From positions 14,444 through 78,443 of the forward strand of contig JBMFTY010000001.1 of the NCBI GenBank assembly GCA_049966795.1: a stretch of DNA of 64,000 nt. The letters run 5' to 3'. The position numbers and the translations under genes were made by a program. The notes under the pieces are model-generated. The model was not told the DNA's origin. It was given only the letters and a program-made list of their open reading frames with translations, and ran no database searches. Shown one piece after another: positions 36,715-46,251 of this stretch (within the stretch, counting starts at the first letter, position 1; every line of letters starts with the position of its first letter). This DNA is from Thermoplasmata archaeon (GTDB taxonomy: Archaea; Thermoplasmatota; Thermoplasmata; Thermoplasmatales; GCA-001856825).

Positions 36715-38135
36715 CCTACAGCACCGTACTTCCCCATTTCAAGCTTTATGAGTTTGTTGAACTCTATCGAATACTCGAGAGGTATCTCCTTTAGGACATC
36801 ATCCAGGAAGCCAAGAACTATGAGGGAGCGGGCATCCTCCTCCCTTATGCCCCTGCTCATCAGGTAATCCACCTGCTCCTCGGAGATCTTTCCAACAGAT
36901 GCCTCATGAGAGAATGCCGCACTTTGCTCAAGGATCTCGTTGTGAGGATATGTATTGCTCTTTGAAGTGTCGTCAAGAATAAGGGCATCGCACTGAACTG
37001 ATGCCTTCGAGTTATAGGCCCCGTTGTTTATCCTTAGTTGCCCCCTGTAGACGGACATCCCTCCCTTGCCCGAGATGCTCTTTGCAACCACCTTTGAGCT
37101 GGTGTTAGGAGCGGCATGTATGACCTTTGCCCCGTTATCCTTCCAGACAGGACCTATCGCAAGAGCCACATTCAGGTTTGACGTGCTTGCGTATTCACCC
37201 CTCAGAATCGAGGACGGGTATGTCATGGTTATCTTGGATCCAAGAGACCCCTGGACCCACTCCATCCTGGCATTTTCTTCGACCCACGCCCTCTTAGTTG
37301 GGCCGTTTATTATGTTGTCTGACCAGTTCTGGACCGAGGTGTACCTGACCTTTGCACCCGACTTAACGTAAACTTCAACAATGGCCGCATGCAGGGAATA
37401 CTGGCTGTAGGTAGGAGCAGTGCACCCTTCAATGTAATGCACCGACGCCCCAGGCTCAGCGATTATGAGTGTCCTCTCGAACTGTCCCTCAAGCGCCCCG
37501 TTCATCCTGAAATACGCCTGGACAGGAAGATCAAGATGCACCCCTCTGGGCACGTAAAGGAAGGACCCCCCCGACCAGACCGCAGTGTTAAGCGCCGCAA
37601 ATTTATTATCTGAAGGAGGGACGATCTTCCCAAAGTGCTCCCTCACTATCTCAGGGTACCTCTGGACCGCGCTGTCCATGTCCATGAAAACTACTCCCTT
37701 TTCCTCCCACTGCCTCTTTAATCTCGAATACACGCCTTCAGACTGAAGCTGCGCGACCGTTCCCGAGAGATATTTCCTTTCCATTTCAGGCACACCAAGC
37801 TTGTCGAAAGTCTCTTTTATTTCCTTGGGGACCTCATCCCAGCTGTTTGCCTTTCTGTCCTCCGGTTTTATGTAATATGTGAGCTCATCAAAATTCAGCT
37901 CAGAGAGGTCAGGACCCCAGGTAGGGACAGGCTTTGAGAGGAATATTTCCAGGGCTTTCAAACGGATGTTGCGCATCCATTCAGGTTCCTTCTTCTCCTT
38001 CGAGATCTCCTCTACAACCTTCCTGCTGAGACCCTTTTCCGTCTGAAATGCGGGCTTCAGGTTCGTGACGAAATCGTACTTGATCTCGTTCACCTTCTTC
38101 ACATCTTCTACATCGTTTTCATTCAATTTTTGCAT
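36711..38135 (-). CDS. sufB: Fe-S cluster assembly protein SufB
   Basis: 474 aa with HEASVGKISEEQVDYLMSRGI and YVPRGVHLD. Confidence 0.95.
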   Translation of the reverse strand: MQKLNENDVEDVKKVNEIKYDFVTNLKPAFQTEKGLSRKVVEEISKEKKEPEWMRNIRLKALEIFLSKPVPTWGPDLSELNFDELTYYIKPEDRKANSWDEVPKEIKETFDKLGVPEMERKYLSGTVAQLQSEGVYSRLKRQWEEKGVVFMDMDSAVQRYPEIVREHFGKIVPPSDNKFAALNTAVWSGGSFLYVPRGVHLDLPVQAYFRMNGALEGQFERTLIIAEPGASVHYIEGCTAPTYSQYSLHAAIVEVYVKSGAKVRYTSVQNWSDNIINGPTKRAWVEENARMEWVQGSLGSKITMTYPSSILRGEYASTSNLNVALAIGPVWKDNGAKVIHAAPNTSSKVVAKSISGKGGMSVYRGQLRINNGAYNSKASVQCDALILDDTSKSNTYPHNEILEQSAAFSHEASVGKISEEQVDYLMSRGIREEDARSLIVLGFLDDVLKEIPLEYSIEFNKLIKLEMGKYGAVG

Positions 38136-38886
38136 CTATTTCACCGTCCTTGTAATACTCATATCCCCTCTCCTCTATCATCTTGGCCAGGTCCCCTCCC
38201 CCGCTTTCCGCAATTTTCCCTCCAATCAGGACGTGCACAAAATCAGGTTTTATGTGCTCCAGAATTCTCTGATAGTGCGTTATTATTATCACACCGGCCC
38301 CGTTGTCCCTGGCGCGGCTAATGGCCTTCGATACAACCCTCAGGGCATCCACATCGAGTCCGGAGTCAATCTCGTCCAGAATTATGAACTTGGGTTTCAG
38401 AATGAGCATCTGGAGGGCCTCCATCCTCTTCTTCTCCCCGCCGGAAAGGCCGTCGTTGAGGCCCCTGTCTATGAAACTGTTGTCCAATCCGAAATAAGCG
38501 AGAAGCTCTTTTACCTCATCGACGAACTTCCTATATTCAAGCCTCTCGTTTGGGTGAAGCGAGGTGTACGCGGTCCTGAGGTAATTTATGAATCTCAGTC
38601 CCTGGACGGAGACGGGTTCCTGGAAGGCCACGAAAAGACCCTCCCTCGCCCTTTCATAGATCTGAAGATCCAGGATGCTCTTTCCATTGAGCAGGATGTC
38701 CCCTCCATTGACCTTGTACTTCTGATTACCCATAACAGTCTGGGCCAGTGTGCTCTTTCCGGTTCCATTTGGACCCATCAACGCATGTATCTCCCCAGAC
38801 CTTACTGTGAGGCTCACATCTTTTATTATTTCCTTTTGACCCACAGAAACATTTAGATTCTTTATCTCCAGAATATCCGAGGACAT
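38119..38886 (-). CDS. sufC: Fe-S cluster assembly ATPase SufC
   Basis: Has GPNGTGKSTL, LSGGEKKR and ILDEIDSGLD. Confidence 0.95.
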   Translation of the reverse strand: MSSDILEIKNLNVSVGQKEIIKDVSLTVRSGEIHALMGPNGTGKSTLAQTVMGNQKYKVNGGDILLNGKSILDLQIYERAREGLFVAFQEPVSVQGLRFINYLRTAYTSLHPNERLEYRKFVDEVKELLAYFGLDNSFIDRGLNDGLSGGEKKRMEALQMLILKPKFIILDEIDSGLDVDALRVVSKAISRARDNGAGVIIITHYQRILEHIKPDFVHVLIGGKIAESGGGDLAKMIEERGYEYYKDGEIDAKIE

Positions 38887-38976
38887 TAGTTTACCGATGC
38901 GTCTATGCTATTTAAACATTTTTTCCTGTTTAAATTGATAAAAGTTATATACGGCCGCACACTTAGTTGAAATAGA

Positions 38977-39597
38977 ATGGACGAGATAAGCACCCTTGGT
39001 TATAGCAAGCAGAGGATACTCGAAGAGCTCCTTGCGGGTCCGAAGGGAATACACGAGCTGTCCAGGAAGCTGAACATAAGGAATAATGCGGTAAGGGAGC
39101 ACCTGAGTGCGCTTGAAAGCAGGGGGTATGTGGAATCTCGTTTCGTGAAGACCGGGGTCGGAAGGCCCAGAAAGATCTATCACGTTTCGGCAGAGGGAAT
39201 GAATCTATTTCCGAAGAAATACGATTTTCTCCTCAAGATCCTTCTAGATGAGCTCACGAAGGAAAACGGAATTGAATGGGTCAGGGAATTCCTCAAGAGG
39301 GCCGGACAGAGAATCGCGAATGAAAACCCCGGGAATGCGAATGGCGTTTCAGCACTGTTGAACTTCTACAACAGCCTCGGGTGCATGGCAACCGCCTTCG
39401 AGAGGGATGGTGCTCTGGTGATAAAAAGGAACAACTGCATATATTACTCCCTTGCACTTGACAAGGAGAAGCTGCTTTGCAGCACTTTCGAAGATGCCCT
39501 CATCAAGTCAATGCTCCCATCGTACAAGCTTGTGAAGAAGGATACGGTCACCGCGAACAAGTTCGACTGCGAAATGGTGCTCTCGAAGACACCATAA
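38977..39597 (+). CDS. SufR-like winged-helix regulator with a C-terminal 4-Cys region (COG2345-like)
   Basis: N-terminal wHTH (RILEELLAGPKGIHELSRKLNIRNNAVREHLSALESRGYV...GRPRKIY). The C-terminal cysteines are spaced C-X17-C-X13-C-X29-C. It is divergent from sufC. Confidence 0.55.
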   Translation: MDEISTLGYSKQRILEELLAGPKGIHELSRKLNIRNNAVREHLSALESRGYVESRFVKTGVGRPRKIYHVSAEGMNLFPKKYDFLLKILLDELTKENGIEWVREFLKRAGQRIANENPGNANGVSALLNFYNSLGCMATAFERDGALVIKRNNCIYYSLALDKEKLLCSTFEDALIKSMLPSYKLVKKDTVTANKFDCEMVLSKTP

Positions 39598-39628
39598 AGG
39601 TTTATTTTCATATTCTCATAACGTTGAA

Positions 39629-40675
39629 ATGCTCACCGTCATAGAAACGTTCTATTCACTGGAAGGGGAGGGTCCATACATCGGTATACCAACATTTTTC
39701 ATAAGGCTCTCGGGCTGCAACCTGAGATGCACGTGGACTCCTGCAGAAGATGTTCCCATATTGACAGGCGATTTGACATGGAAGGAGGCAGGGAAGATAA
39801 GGAGGGGCGACATCCTTCTGGGCTTCGCCGGTGGAAGATACATCGCCTCAAGGGTTATAAATACCATTAGGACGAGGTCGGAAACAGTGAGGGTCACTAC
39901 GGAATCCGGGAAGAGCATCGTCGTCACCCCTGAACACCCATTCTATGTTTCCGGCTCAAGGACGATCAGGGCCGACAGGTCAGTGGGAAGGATGATCAGA
40001 GTCCTGAATAGGGACTCCGTAGCGGCCGGGGGGAAACTGTCAGAGGATAAGGAAAGGGTTGTGGGGGTTGAATATACTGGTATCAGAACGATAAACCACT
40101 TCGAGACGGAGACTCACAACTACATTTCAGAATCGTTCATCTCCCACAACTGCGACACGAAGTACTCCTATTCTGGCGGCGAAAAGAGAACGGTGGACAG
40201 CCTAGTGGACGAGGCCAAGCAGTACGGAACCAGGTACATATCAATAACAGGTGGCGAACCTCTGCTCCAGCAAGACGTTTATCCATTGATGCATAAGCTT
40301 CTTGACAATGATTTCTTCGTCATTCTTGAGACCAGCGGTTCAATATCGGTGGAGGACGTTCCGACTGAGGACAACATGATAATTTCGATGGATATCAAAA
40401 CACCCTCGTCAAACATGGTGGAGCATAACCTCTATGAGAACATAGAGCTCCTCGGGAAGAAGGACTATTTGAAGTTCGTGATAGCAGATGAAAAGGATTT
40501 CATCTTCTCCAAATCGATAATTGAGAAATACCCTTTCGAGGGAGAGATAATCTTTCAGCCAGAGGGTGGCAAGAATCTCACATGGTTGGCAGAAAAAGTA
40601 TTAAAGGAAAGATTAAATATCAGAGTATTGCCCCAGCTTCATAAGTTTATTTGGGGGGATAAGCGAGGAGTATGA
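39629..40675 (+). CDS. queE: 7-carboxy-7-deazaguanine synthase QueE (radical SAM), interrupted by a mini-intein
   Basis: The exteins read FYSLEGEGPYIGIPTFFIRLSGCNLRCTW|CDTKYS...ITGGEPLLQ...QLHKFIWGDKRGV. Together they give a contiguous CxxxCxxC QueE once residues 37-174 are removed. Confidence 0.85.
   Translation: MLTVIETFYSLEGEGPYIGIPTFFIRLSGCNLRCTWTPAEDVPILTGDLTWKEAGKIRRGDILLGFAGGRYIASRVINTIRTRSETVRVTTESGKSIVVTPEHPFYVSGSRTIRADRSVGRMIRVLNRDSVAAGGKLSEDKERVVGVEYTGIRTINHFETETHNYISESFISHNCDTKYSYSGGEKRTVDSLVDEAKQYGTRYISITGGEPLLQQDVYPLMHKLLDNDFFVILETSGSISVEDVPTEDNMIISMDIKTPSSNMVEHNLYENIELLGKKDYLKFVIADEKDFIFSKSIIEKYPFEGEIIFQPEGGKNLTWLAEKVLKERLNIRVLPQLHKFIWGDKRGV
39737..40150 (+). mobile_element. 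Mini-intein (138 aa, no homing endonuclease domain) within queE
   Basis: Block A-like TPAEDVPILTGD...GDILL, block B VVTPEHPF, and blocks F/G INHFETETHNYISESFISHN followed by the +1 Cys. Confidence 0.8.
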
Positions 40676-41289
40676 TATCTCAGGAGTACACGGACGAAGA
40701 TGGTGAGATCGCCACAAAGATGGCCAGAAGGGCCATAGAAGAATATATCGACATAAAGCTCGTGATAAAGAACAGTTACGGGGGGAAGTTTGTGGAAAAG
40801 AGGGGTGTATTCACTACCCTCACAACCGTCTCGGGGGAGCTCAGGGGGTGCATAGGTTTTCCTGAACCGGTATATCCGCTGGGTGAAGCCATAATAAGAA
40901 GCGCTATAGCCGCGGCTGTCAACGATCCGAGGTTCCCGCCGGTAACGAAAGCGGAGATGGACAGCATAGTCGTTGAAGTATCGCTCCTCACGAAACCATC
41001 TCTGCTGAACGTGAAGAAAAGGGAGGAGATCCCAAAGTCCATTGTAATCGGAAGGGACGGACTGATAGCGGAGAGGGGCGGTTATTCAGGGCTGCTCCTT
41101 CCTCAGGTGGCGGTCGACGAGAAGATGAGCGCGGTTGAATTTCTGAACTCCGTCTGCTGGAAGGCAGGTATGGAACCCGATTGCTGGAAGGATCCGGAGA
41201 CATCAATCTTCACATTTGGGGCGGAAATATTCTATGAGGTGGAGCCAAGGGGTCCAGTGTTCAGGAAAATCATGAAAGTGGAGAAATAA
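40672..41289 (+). CDS. AMMECR1-domain protein
   Basis: Has GVFTTL...LRGCIGF and DPRFPPV motifs. Confidence 0.85.
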   Translation: MISQEYTDEDGEIATKMARRAIEEYIDIKLVIKNSYGGKFVEKRGVFTTLTTVSGELRGCIGFPEPVYPLGEAIIRSAIAAAVNDPRFPPVTKAEMDSIVVEVSLLTKPSLLNVKKREEIPKSIVIGRDGLIAERGGYSGLLLPQVAVDEKMSAVEFLNSVCWKAGMEPDCWKDPETSIFTFGAEIFYEVEPRGPVFRKIMKVEK

Positions 41290-42509
41290 TGGAAGCGTTT
41301 CGTGGACTGTTTTACGTGGACAGGGAATTCAGGGAAAGGTATGTCCTCGTGGAAGATGGAGTGATAAGGAAGATATCCGTGGATTCGGAAGGTTCGCGTG
41401 TCACCCCTGTTCCCGGTTTCATTCTGCCTGGCGGGGTAGATATGCATGTTCACTTCAGAGATCCGGGAGAGGAAGAGAAGGAGGATTTCAGGAGTGGATC
41501 AATTTCCGCTGCACTTGGAGGGACCACTACCGTTTTTGACATGCCAAACAATAAGATCCCGGTGAAGGATGAGAGAACGTTCAGAGCAAAGAGGGGGATC
41601 GTTTCAGGGAAAAGCTTCGTCGATTTCGGGCTTTATCAGCTTGCCTCGGAGAGCATAGTTGAATCAGCGACGGGTGAAAAGATATTCCTGGGAAAATCCA
41701 CCGGCGGGATAATAACCGATGTTTCCAAATGCAGTTGGTCAGGGAAGGTGAAGGTTGTCCACGCGGAACTTCAGGAATGCCTTGATTCCAACGCAACCAC
41801 TTCGAGAAACTTGGTGGAGCACGACAGGTCGCGGCCAATTGAGTGTGAGCTTTCCGCCATAGAAAAGGTTGCAGAATATTTAAGAGAGAATGTTCACATA
41901 GCCCACGTCACAAGCTCGAGGGGTCTGAGCCTGGCAAGGGCATTCAGGTTCAGCACAGAGGTCACGCCTCACCACCTCCTCCTGAACAACACAATGGATC
42001 TTGGACCATTCGGGAAGGTGAACCCGCCGCTCAGGAAGAAACCGGTACAGGAGGAGTTGCTGAACAGTCTGAATCTCGGAAACGTGGATGTAATCTCCTC
42101 GGATCATGCTCCTCACACCAGGGAGGACAAATCGGTCTTCCAGGACTCTCCATCAGGGGTTCCAGGGGTTGAAACGAGGGTCCCCCTCGTATTGAACCTC
42201 TTTAGGAAGGGTCTGATATCAGGCATAGACAGGGCAGTATCTCTCCTCATGGAGAATCCCGCAAGGATATGCAGGGTCAACAAGGGCTACATAGCGGTAG
42301 GATACGATGCGGATTTCATCTCGGTGGACTTTGACAAATCCAAGAAAATCAAGGGCGAGGAACTGCATTCAAAGGCAGGATGGTCGCCATTCGACGGATA
42401 TGAGGGCATCTTCCCCCAAGAGGTATACCTGCGGGGAGAATTGCTGGCACAGGAAGGGGAGATTGTGGGATCTCAGAGGGGTGTGTTCCTCGATGGGAAG
42501 GCAAAGTGA
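41289..42509 (+). CDS. pyrC: Dihydroorotase-like amidohydrolase
   Basis: Has PGGVDMHVHFRDPG and ISSDHAPH. Confidence 0.8.
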   Translation: MEAFRGLFYVDREFRERYVLVEDGVIRKISVDSEGSRVTPVPGFILPGGVDMHVHFRDPGEEEKEDFRSGSISAALGGTTTVFDMPNNKIPVKDERTFRAKRGIVSGKSFVDFGLYQLASESIVESATGEKIFLGKSTGGIITDVSKCSWSGKVKVVHAELQECLDSNATTSRNLVEHDRSRPIECELSAIEKVAEYLRENVHIAHVTSSRGLSLARAFRFSTEVTPHHLLLNNTMDLGPFGKVNPPLRKKPVQEELLNSLNLGNVDVISSDHAPHTREDKSVFQDSPSGVPGVETRVPLVLNLFRKGLISGIDRAVSLLMENPARICRVNKGYIAVGYDADFISVDFDKSKKIKGEELHSKAGWSPFDGYEGIFPQEVYLRGELLAQEGEIVGSQRGVFLDGKAK

Positions 42510-42804
42510 GGCAAGGATCGCGGAGCAAAGGATAAGGGAGCTCTTTCACCTGGCCCTTGAGGATGAAAAGGCCAGTGAGCACAGTAGGGCGGAGAGGAAG
42601 TTCGAGCTGATTTCCCTCTATTCTCAGAAATACAAAGCGAAACTGGCTCCAGAAGCAAGGATATGGATATGCAAGAAATGCAAGAAAGGAATATATTCAG
42701 GAGGCGGCCACGTCAGGATAAATAAATCTCACGTGACCATAAGCTGCAGGAGCTGCGGGTACATAAGGCGTATTCCTATCTCTCGTCGATTGTTTCGGCC
42801 GTGA
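42493..42804 (+). CDS. rnp4: RNase P protein component 4 (Rpp21/Rpr2)
   Basis: The internal ATG 42493 of ORF 42307..42804 gives RIAEQRIRELFHLA...ICKKCKKGIYSG...VRINKSHVTISCRSCGYIRRIP, the Rpr2 zinc ribbon. It overlaps the pyrC end by 17 nt. Confidence 0.7.
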   Translation: MGRQSEARIAEQRIRELFHLALEDEKASEHSRAERKFELISLYSQKYKAKLAPEARIWICKKCKKGIYSGGGHVRINKSHVTISCRSCGYIRRIPISRRLFRP

Positions 42805-43012
42805 ACAGGACATTGTACCCGCCGAGAGTGGCGTGTACCCTGTCTATCAGAGAAATCGCATCCGCAACAGTAGCATGGTCCCCCCATTCGTAAACAAGGT
42901 CCCTGCTACCGGTTATCGGACTGAAGCCAAGAGACTGCAGCCTCGCGATGATCTCTGACGGCCTCTCCCCTTCCGTGTTGAAGATTATTGAGAGGTAAGT
43001 CCTCTTGACCAT
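42776..43012 (-). CDS. Small hypothetical protein
   Basis: 78-aa ORF. Its 3' end overlaps the convergent rnp4 by 29 nt. No family recognised. Confidence 0.3.
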   Translation of the reverse strand: MVKRTYLSIIFNTEGERPSEIIARLQSLGFSPITGSRDLVYEWGDHATVADAISLIDRVHATLGGYNVLFTAETIDER

Positions 43013-43188
43013 GCCCTTGAATCACCATATGTTATTTAGTTTTATCCTGGTAACCAAAACTGAAATGTGCGGACATAAGCTTCACCACGAAAAGATTTTT
43101 CTCGCAATCAGATAAAGAATAACTTTTTCCATGTTTTCAACAGAAAGGAAAAATATCTTGATAATCGAGGGGAGGAGGGCGGACGTTT

Positions 43189-44100
43189 TCAGGCCCGGAC
43201 GATCAACCTTGTGAGGGACGAATGGACCCTGATCCTCTCCAATATCTCCGCATCTAGATACTGTCTGGCCAAATCGTACAGCTCATAGGATGGCAGCGCA
43301 AAAACTTTCGGAACCTCAATTTCAGCAAGCAGGGAAAAGAAACGGTCGTAAAGTGAATCCCTTGAGTCTGAGAATATCCTGGCGCCCCTGCCATACGGAG
43401 GGTCTGTTACCACGGCTGAAAATTCGGGGAGGGTTTTCATCAGTGAGAAATCCCCATGAATAACCTTTGCAGAAAGCCCAAAGTGGTCAAGGTTCCTCCT
43501 GCATCCTTCAACCATCCTTCTGTCCCTGTCTATCCCTATTCCCCGAATTCCCATTCTTTGCCCTTCGATCAGGAATGTCCCGGTGCCAACAAATGGGTCT
43601 ACGAAGACCTGATCCTCCCTCAGGGATGCGATATTTATCATCCCTCTTGCAAGAAGAGGGGAGATTGAGGAGGGATGATTGAACGGCCTGCTTCCGTATC
43701 TTTCATCCAGAAGGGCCTTCTCCTTCCTTTCAAATATCACCTCTGTGAGCATGGGGCTATCGTAATTGTAAATGAAGAAAAGCACGTCAGGCTTGCTCAA
43801 GTTCACCCTTCCCCTTACCCTCTTGGCAAAGAATGCAATCATGGAATCCCTCCCAGTTTCCTTCCTTTCCCTTATGGAAAATGTTTTCCCCCCGATGTCA
43901 GCGCTGTCACCTTCTATCACCCTTGCCAGCCTTCTCGAAAAGGTGATCCTGCTTGCAATTTCACGGGGATGTTCAGTTTCAAAGATCACATAGTTCTTTT
44001 TCACCTGATCTACGATACCTCCGTAAGCCTTTAGAAGACCAGCTATTTCGCTCATTGAGAGGTTCCTCCACTCCCCTAGAAACTCGGAGAGGATCTTCAT
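43189..44100 (-). CDS. THUMP-domain tRNA (guanine-N2) methyltransferase (Trm-G10/Trm11-like)
   Basis: SAM-MTase motifs VDPFVGTGTF and TDPPYG lie behind an N-terminal THUMP-like region. Confidence 0.75.
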   Translation of the reverse strand: MKILSEFLGEWRNLSMSEIAGLLKAYGGIVDQVKKNYVIFETEHPREIASRITFSRRLARVIEGDSADIGGKTFSIRERKETGRDSMIAFFAKRVRGRVNLSKPDVLFFIYNYDSPMLTEVIFERKEKALLDERYGSRPFNHPSSISPLLARGMINIASLREDQVFVDPFVGTGTFLIEGQRMGIRGIGIDRDRRMVEGCRRNLDHFGLSAKVIHGDFSLMKTLPEFSAVVTDPPYGRGARIFSDSRDSLYDRFFSLLAEIEVPKVFALPSYELYDLARQYLDAEILERIRVHSSLTRLIVRA

Positions 44101-44169
44101 CCCTGGTGCATCAACAACGTGCTATTTAATTGAGTTATCTTTATCTACTCGCCGATCTATCTTCCAAGG

Positions 44170-45174
44170 ATGCCGACATACAAGGAGAGCGGCGTAGATT
44201 TCGATTCCGTAGGCGCATTCAGGGATGCAATAATCAGGAATTTAACGTACAGGGGAGGAAAATACCGCAGGGCCATCAGCATAGGGCATTACTCCGGACT
44301 CGTGTCCTTCGGAGACCGTTATATCGCTGTCCACACGGACAACGTCGGCACGAAGACAATCCTGGCCCTTCGCTACAGGTATTTCGAGGAAATAGGGAAC
44401 GACCTGGTCGGCATGAATGTGAACGATATAATATGCATAGGGGCAGAGCCTATGGCGATGGTTGATTACATAGCAGGCTCAGTCCAGGACGGTGCGATAG
44501 GGGAAAGCATAGGAAGAAGCATAGATAGAGCTTCCAGGGATGCAAATGTTGCATTCGTTGGTGGCGAGACCGCATCCGTTCCGGACCTGATCCAAGGGAT
44601 TGATATCTCAGGGACAGTGGTTGGGCTGGTCAGAAAGGACAGGCTCTTGAAGGGAAGCGGTATCAGACCCGGGGACAGAATTATTGGTCTTCCATCAAGC
44701 GGATTTCATTCCAACGGGTTTTCCCTCTTGAGGAAAATATACGAGGGAAGAGAGGACGACCTTGAATTCGTGGTGGAAGGAACCCATTTTTGGAGAAGGC
44801 TGCTCGCAGGAACCAGGATATACTCAAAGAGCGTATTTCCATTGATCGGTAACATTGAGATACACGGAATATCGCATATCACTGGAGGCGGAGTAAGGAA
44901 CATTTCGAGGCTCAAGGGGATGCTGTACGAGATGGAATTCCCAGAAATACCTTATATCTTCAGGAAGGTAATCGAAGATGGCAGCATTCCAATCAGGGAC
45001 GCATTCCAGACATTCAACATGGGTATAGGTATGATTATAATCCTTCCGAAAAAGGAGGTGAGGAACGCGATGGATGAGCTTGATAAATTGGCCCCACAGG
45101 AAATTGGAGAAGTGAAGAGGGGGAATGGAGTGCATCTCAGGAATTACGATCTGAAGTATGAGGGATATTACTGA
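44170..45174 (+). CDS. purM: Phosphoribosylformylglycinamidine cyclo-ligase (AIR synthetase)
   Basis: YKESGVD..., HTDNVGTK and a PurM N/C domain pattern. Confidence 0.9.
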   Translation: MPTYKESGVDFDSVGAFRDAIIRNLTYRGGKYRRAISIGHYSGLVSFGDRYIAVHTDNVGTKTILALRYRYFEEIGNDLVGMNVNDIICIGAEPMAMVDYIAGSVQDGAIGESIGRSIDRASRDANVAFVGGETASVPDLIQGIDISGTVVGLVRKDRLLKGSGIRPGDRIIGLPSSGFHSNGFSLLRKIYEGREDDLEFVVEGTHFWRRLLAGTRIYSKSVFPLIGNIEIHGISHITGGGVRNISRLKGMLYEMEFPEIPYIFRKVIEDGSIPIRDAFQTFNMGIGMIIILPKKEVRNAMDELDKLAPQEIGEVKRGNGVHLRNYDLKYEGYY

Positions 45175-45380
45175 CCTATCCGTTGTTCCGGGCCGCTCTC
45201 ACTGGTTTGAAGGGTGCCAAAAGTTCTTCAGTCAAGATATTTCGTGGGGGCATCACTTTTCCCTGGTCTTAGGCTTACTTTAGAAACCAGATTTCGTGCG
45301 GAAAGCCTCTCCCGTTCAATAGGTTCACCAAATTTTATATGTATGTATTTGCTACCCTAAATGAATTAAAGGGTGATAAA

Positions 45381-45899
45381 ATGATAGGAAAATACGCGCC
45401 AGATTTTCAAGCGAGAGCGTTCGTCAACGGAAAGATTGAGGACTTCCGTCTCTCGAAGCTGAGAGGGAAATGGGTGATCCTTTTCTTCTATCCAGCGGAT
45501 TTCACATTTGTGTGTCCCACTGAGATCGAAGGATTTGCCGAAAAGTACGAGGAGTTCAAGAAGGCAGGAGCGGAAATAGTTGCAGTCAGCAGAGACACCG
45601 TATACGTGCACAAGGCCTGGGTGGAAAACGACGAAAGGGTTTCAAAGGCAAAGTACCCGATGGTGGAAGATCGTAAGGGGGAAATATCGAGGGATTATGG
45701 CGTTCTCAACGAGACAACTGGAAATGCATTCAGGGGCCTATTCATAATAAATCCCGAAGGCATCATAAAGTACATGGTTGTCACGGACGACAACGTGGGA
45801 AGAAGCACTGAGGAAACTTTCAGAGTGCTCGCTGCTTTGCAGTCAGGAGGTTTATGCCCGGTTGACTGGGAGCCAGGACAGGCAACGCTGAAGGTCTGA
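45381..45899 (+). CDS. Typical 2-Cys peroxiredoxin
   Basis: FFYPADFTFVCPTEI plus a C-terminal resolving Cys (GGLCPVDW). The start is set at ATG 45381, which is preceded by GGTGA. Confidence 0.9.
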   Translation: MIGKYAPDFQARAFVNGKIEDFRLSKLRGKWVILFFYPADFTFVCPTEIEGFAEKYEEFKKAGAEIVAVSRDTVYVHKAWVENDERVSKAKYPMVEDRKGEISRDYGVLNETTGNAFRGLFIINPEGIIKYMVVTDDNVGRSTEETFRVLAALQSGGLCPVDWEPGQATLKV

Positions 45900-45902
45900 G
45901 CC

Positions 45903-46169
45903 CTATTTCAGTATTTTAAAATCTTCAAAATTTTGTTCTTCCACATATATTTTTTTCATATCGGTGACAAGAGCATCAGGAATCTCCGATGTACAGTAGG
46001 CTATCAACGCTTCCACCTTATCCGGATCCCCCTGAATCATCGCCTCAACAGACCCATCGCTGAGATTTCTCACCCAGCCTTTCAGATTGAGTGACTTGGC
46101 CTTCCTTCTGGTCCTCTCCCTGAACCCCACGCCCTGGACTATACCGTAGAACCTGACATTGCACTGCAT
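45903..46169 (-). CDS. acyP: Acylphosphatase
   Basis: 88 aa with VQGVGFR...GWVRNLSDGSVE. Confidence 0.85.
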   Translation of the reverse strand: MQCNVRFYGIVQGVGFRERTRRKAKSLNLKGWVRNLSDGSVEAMIQGDPDKVEALIAYCTSEIPDALVTDMKKIYVEEQNFEDFKILK

Positions 46170-46251
46170 TGTTCGGTCATAATCTTCCGATTCATATATT
46201 TGGTGAAGCTAGGTCAAATAAATTTTAAATATTTCAAGTGTATTTGAAATT

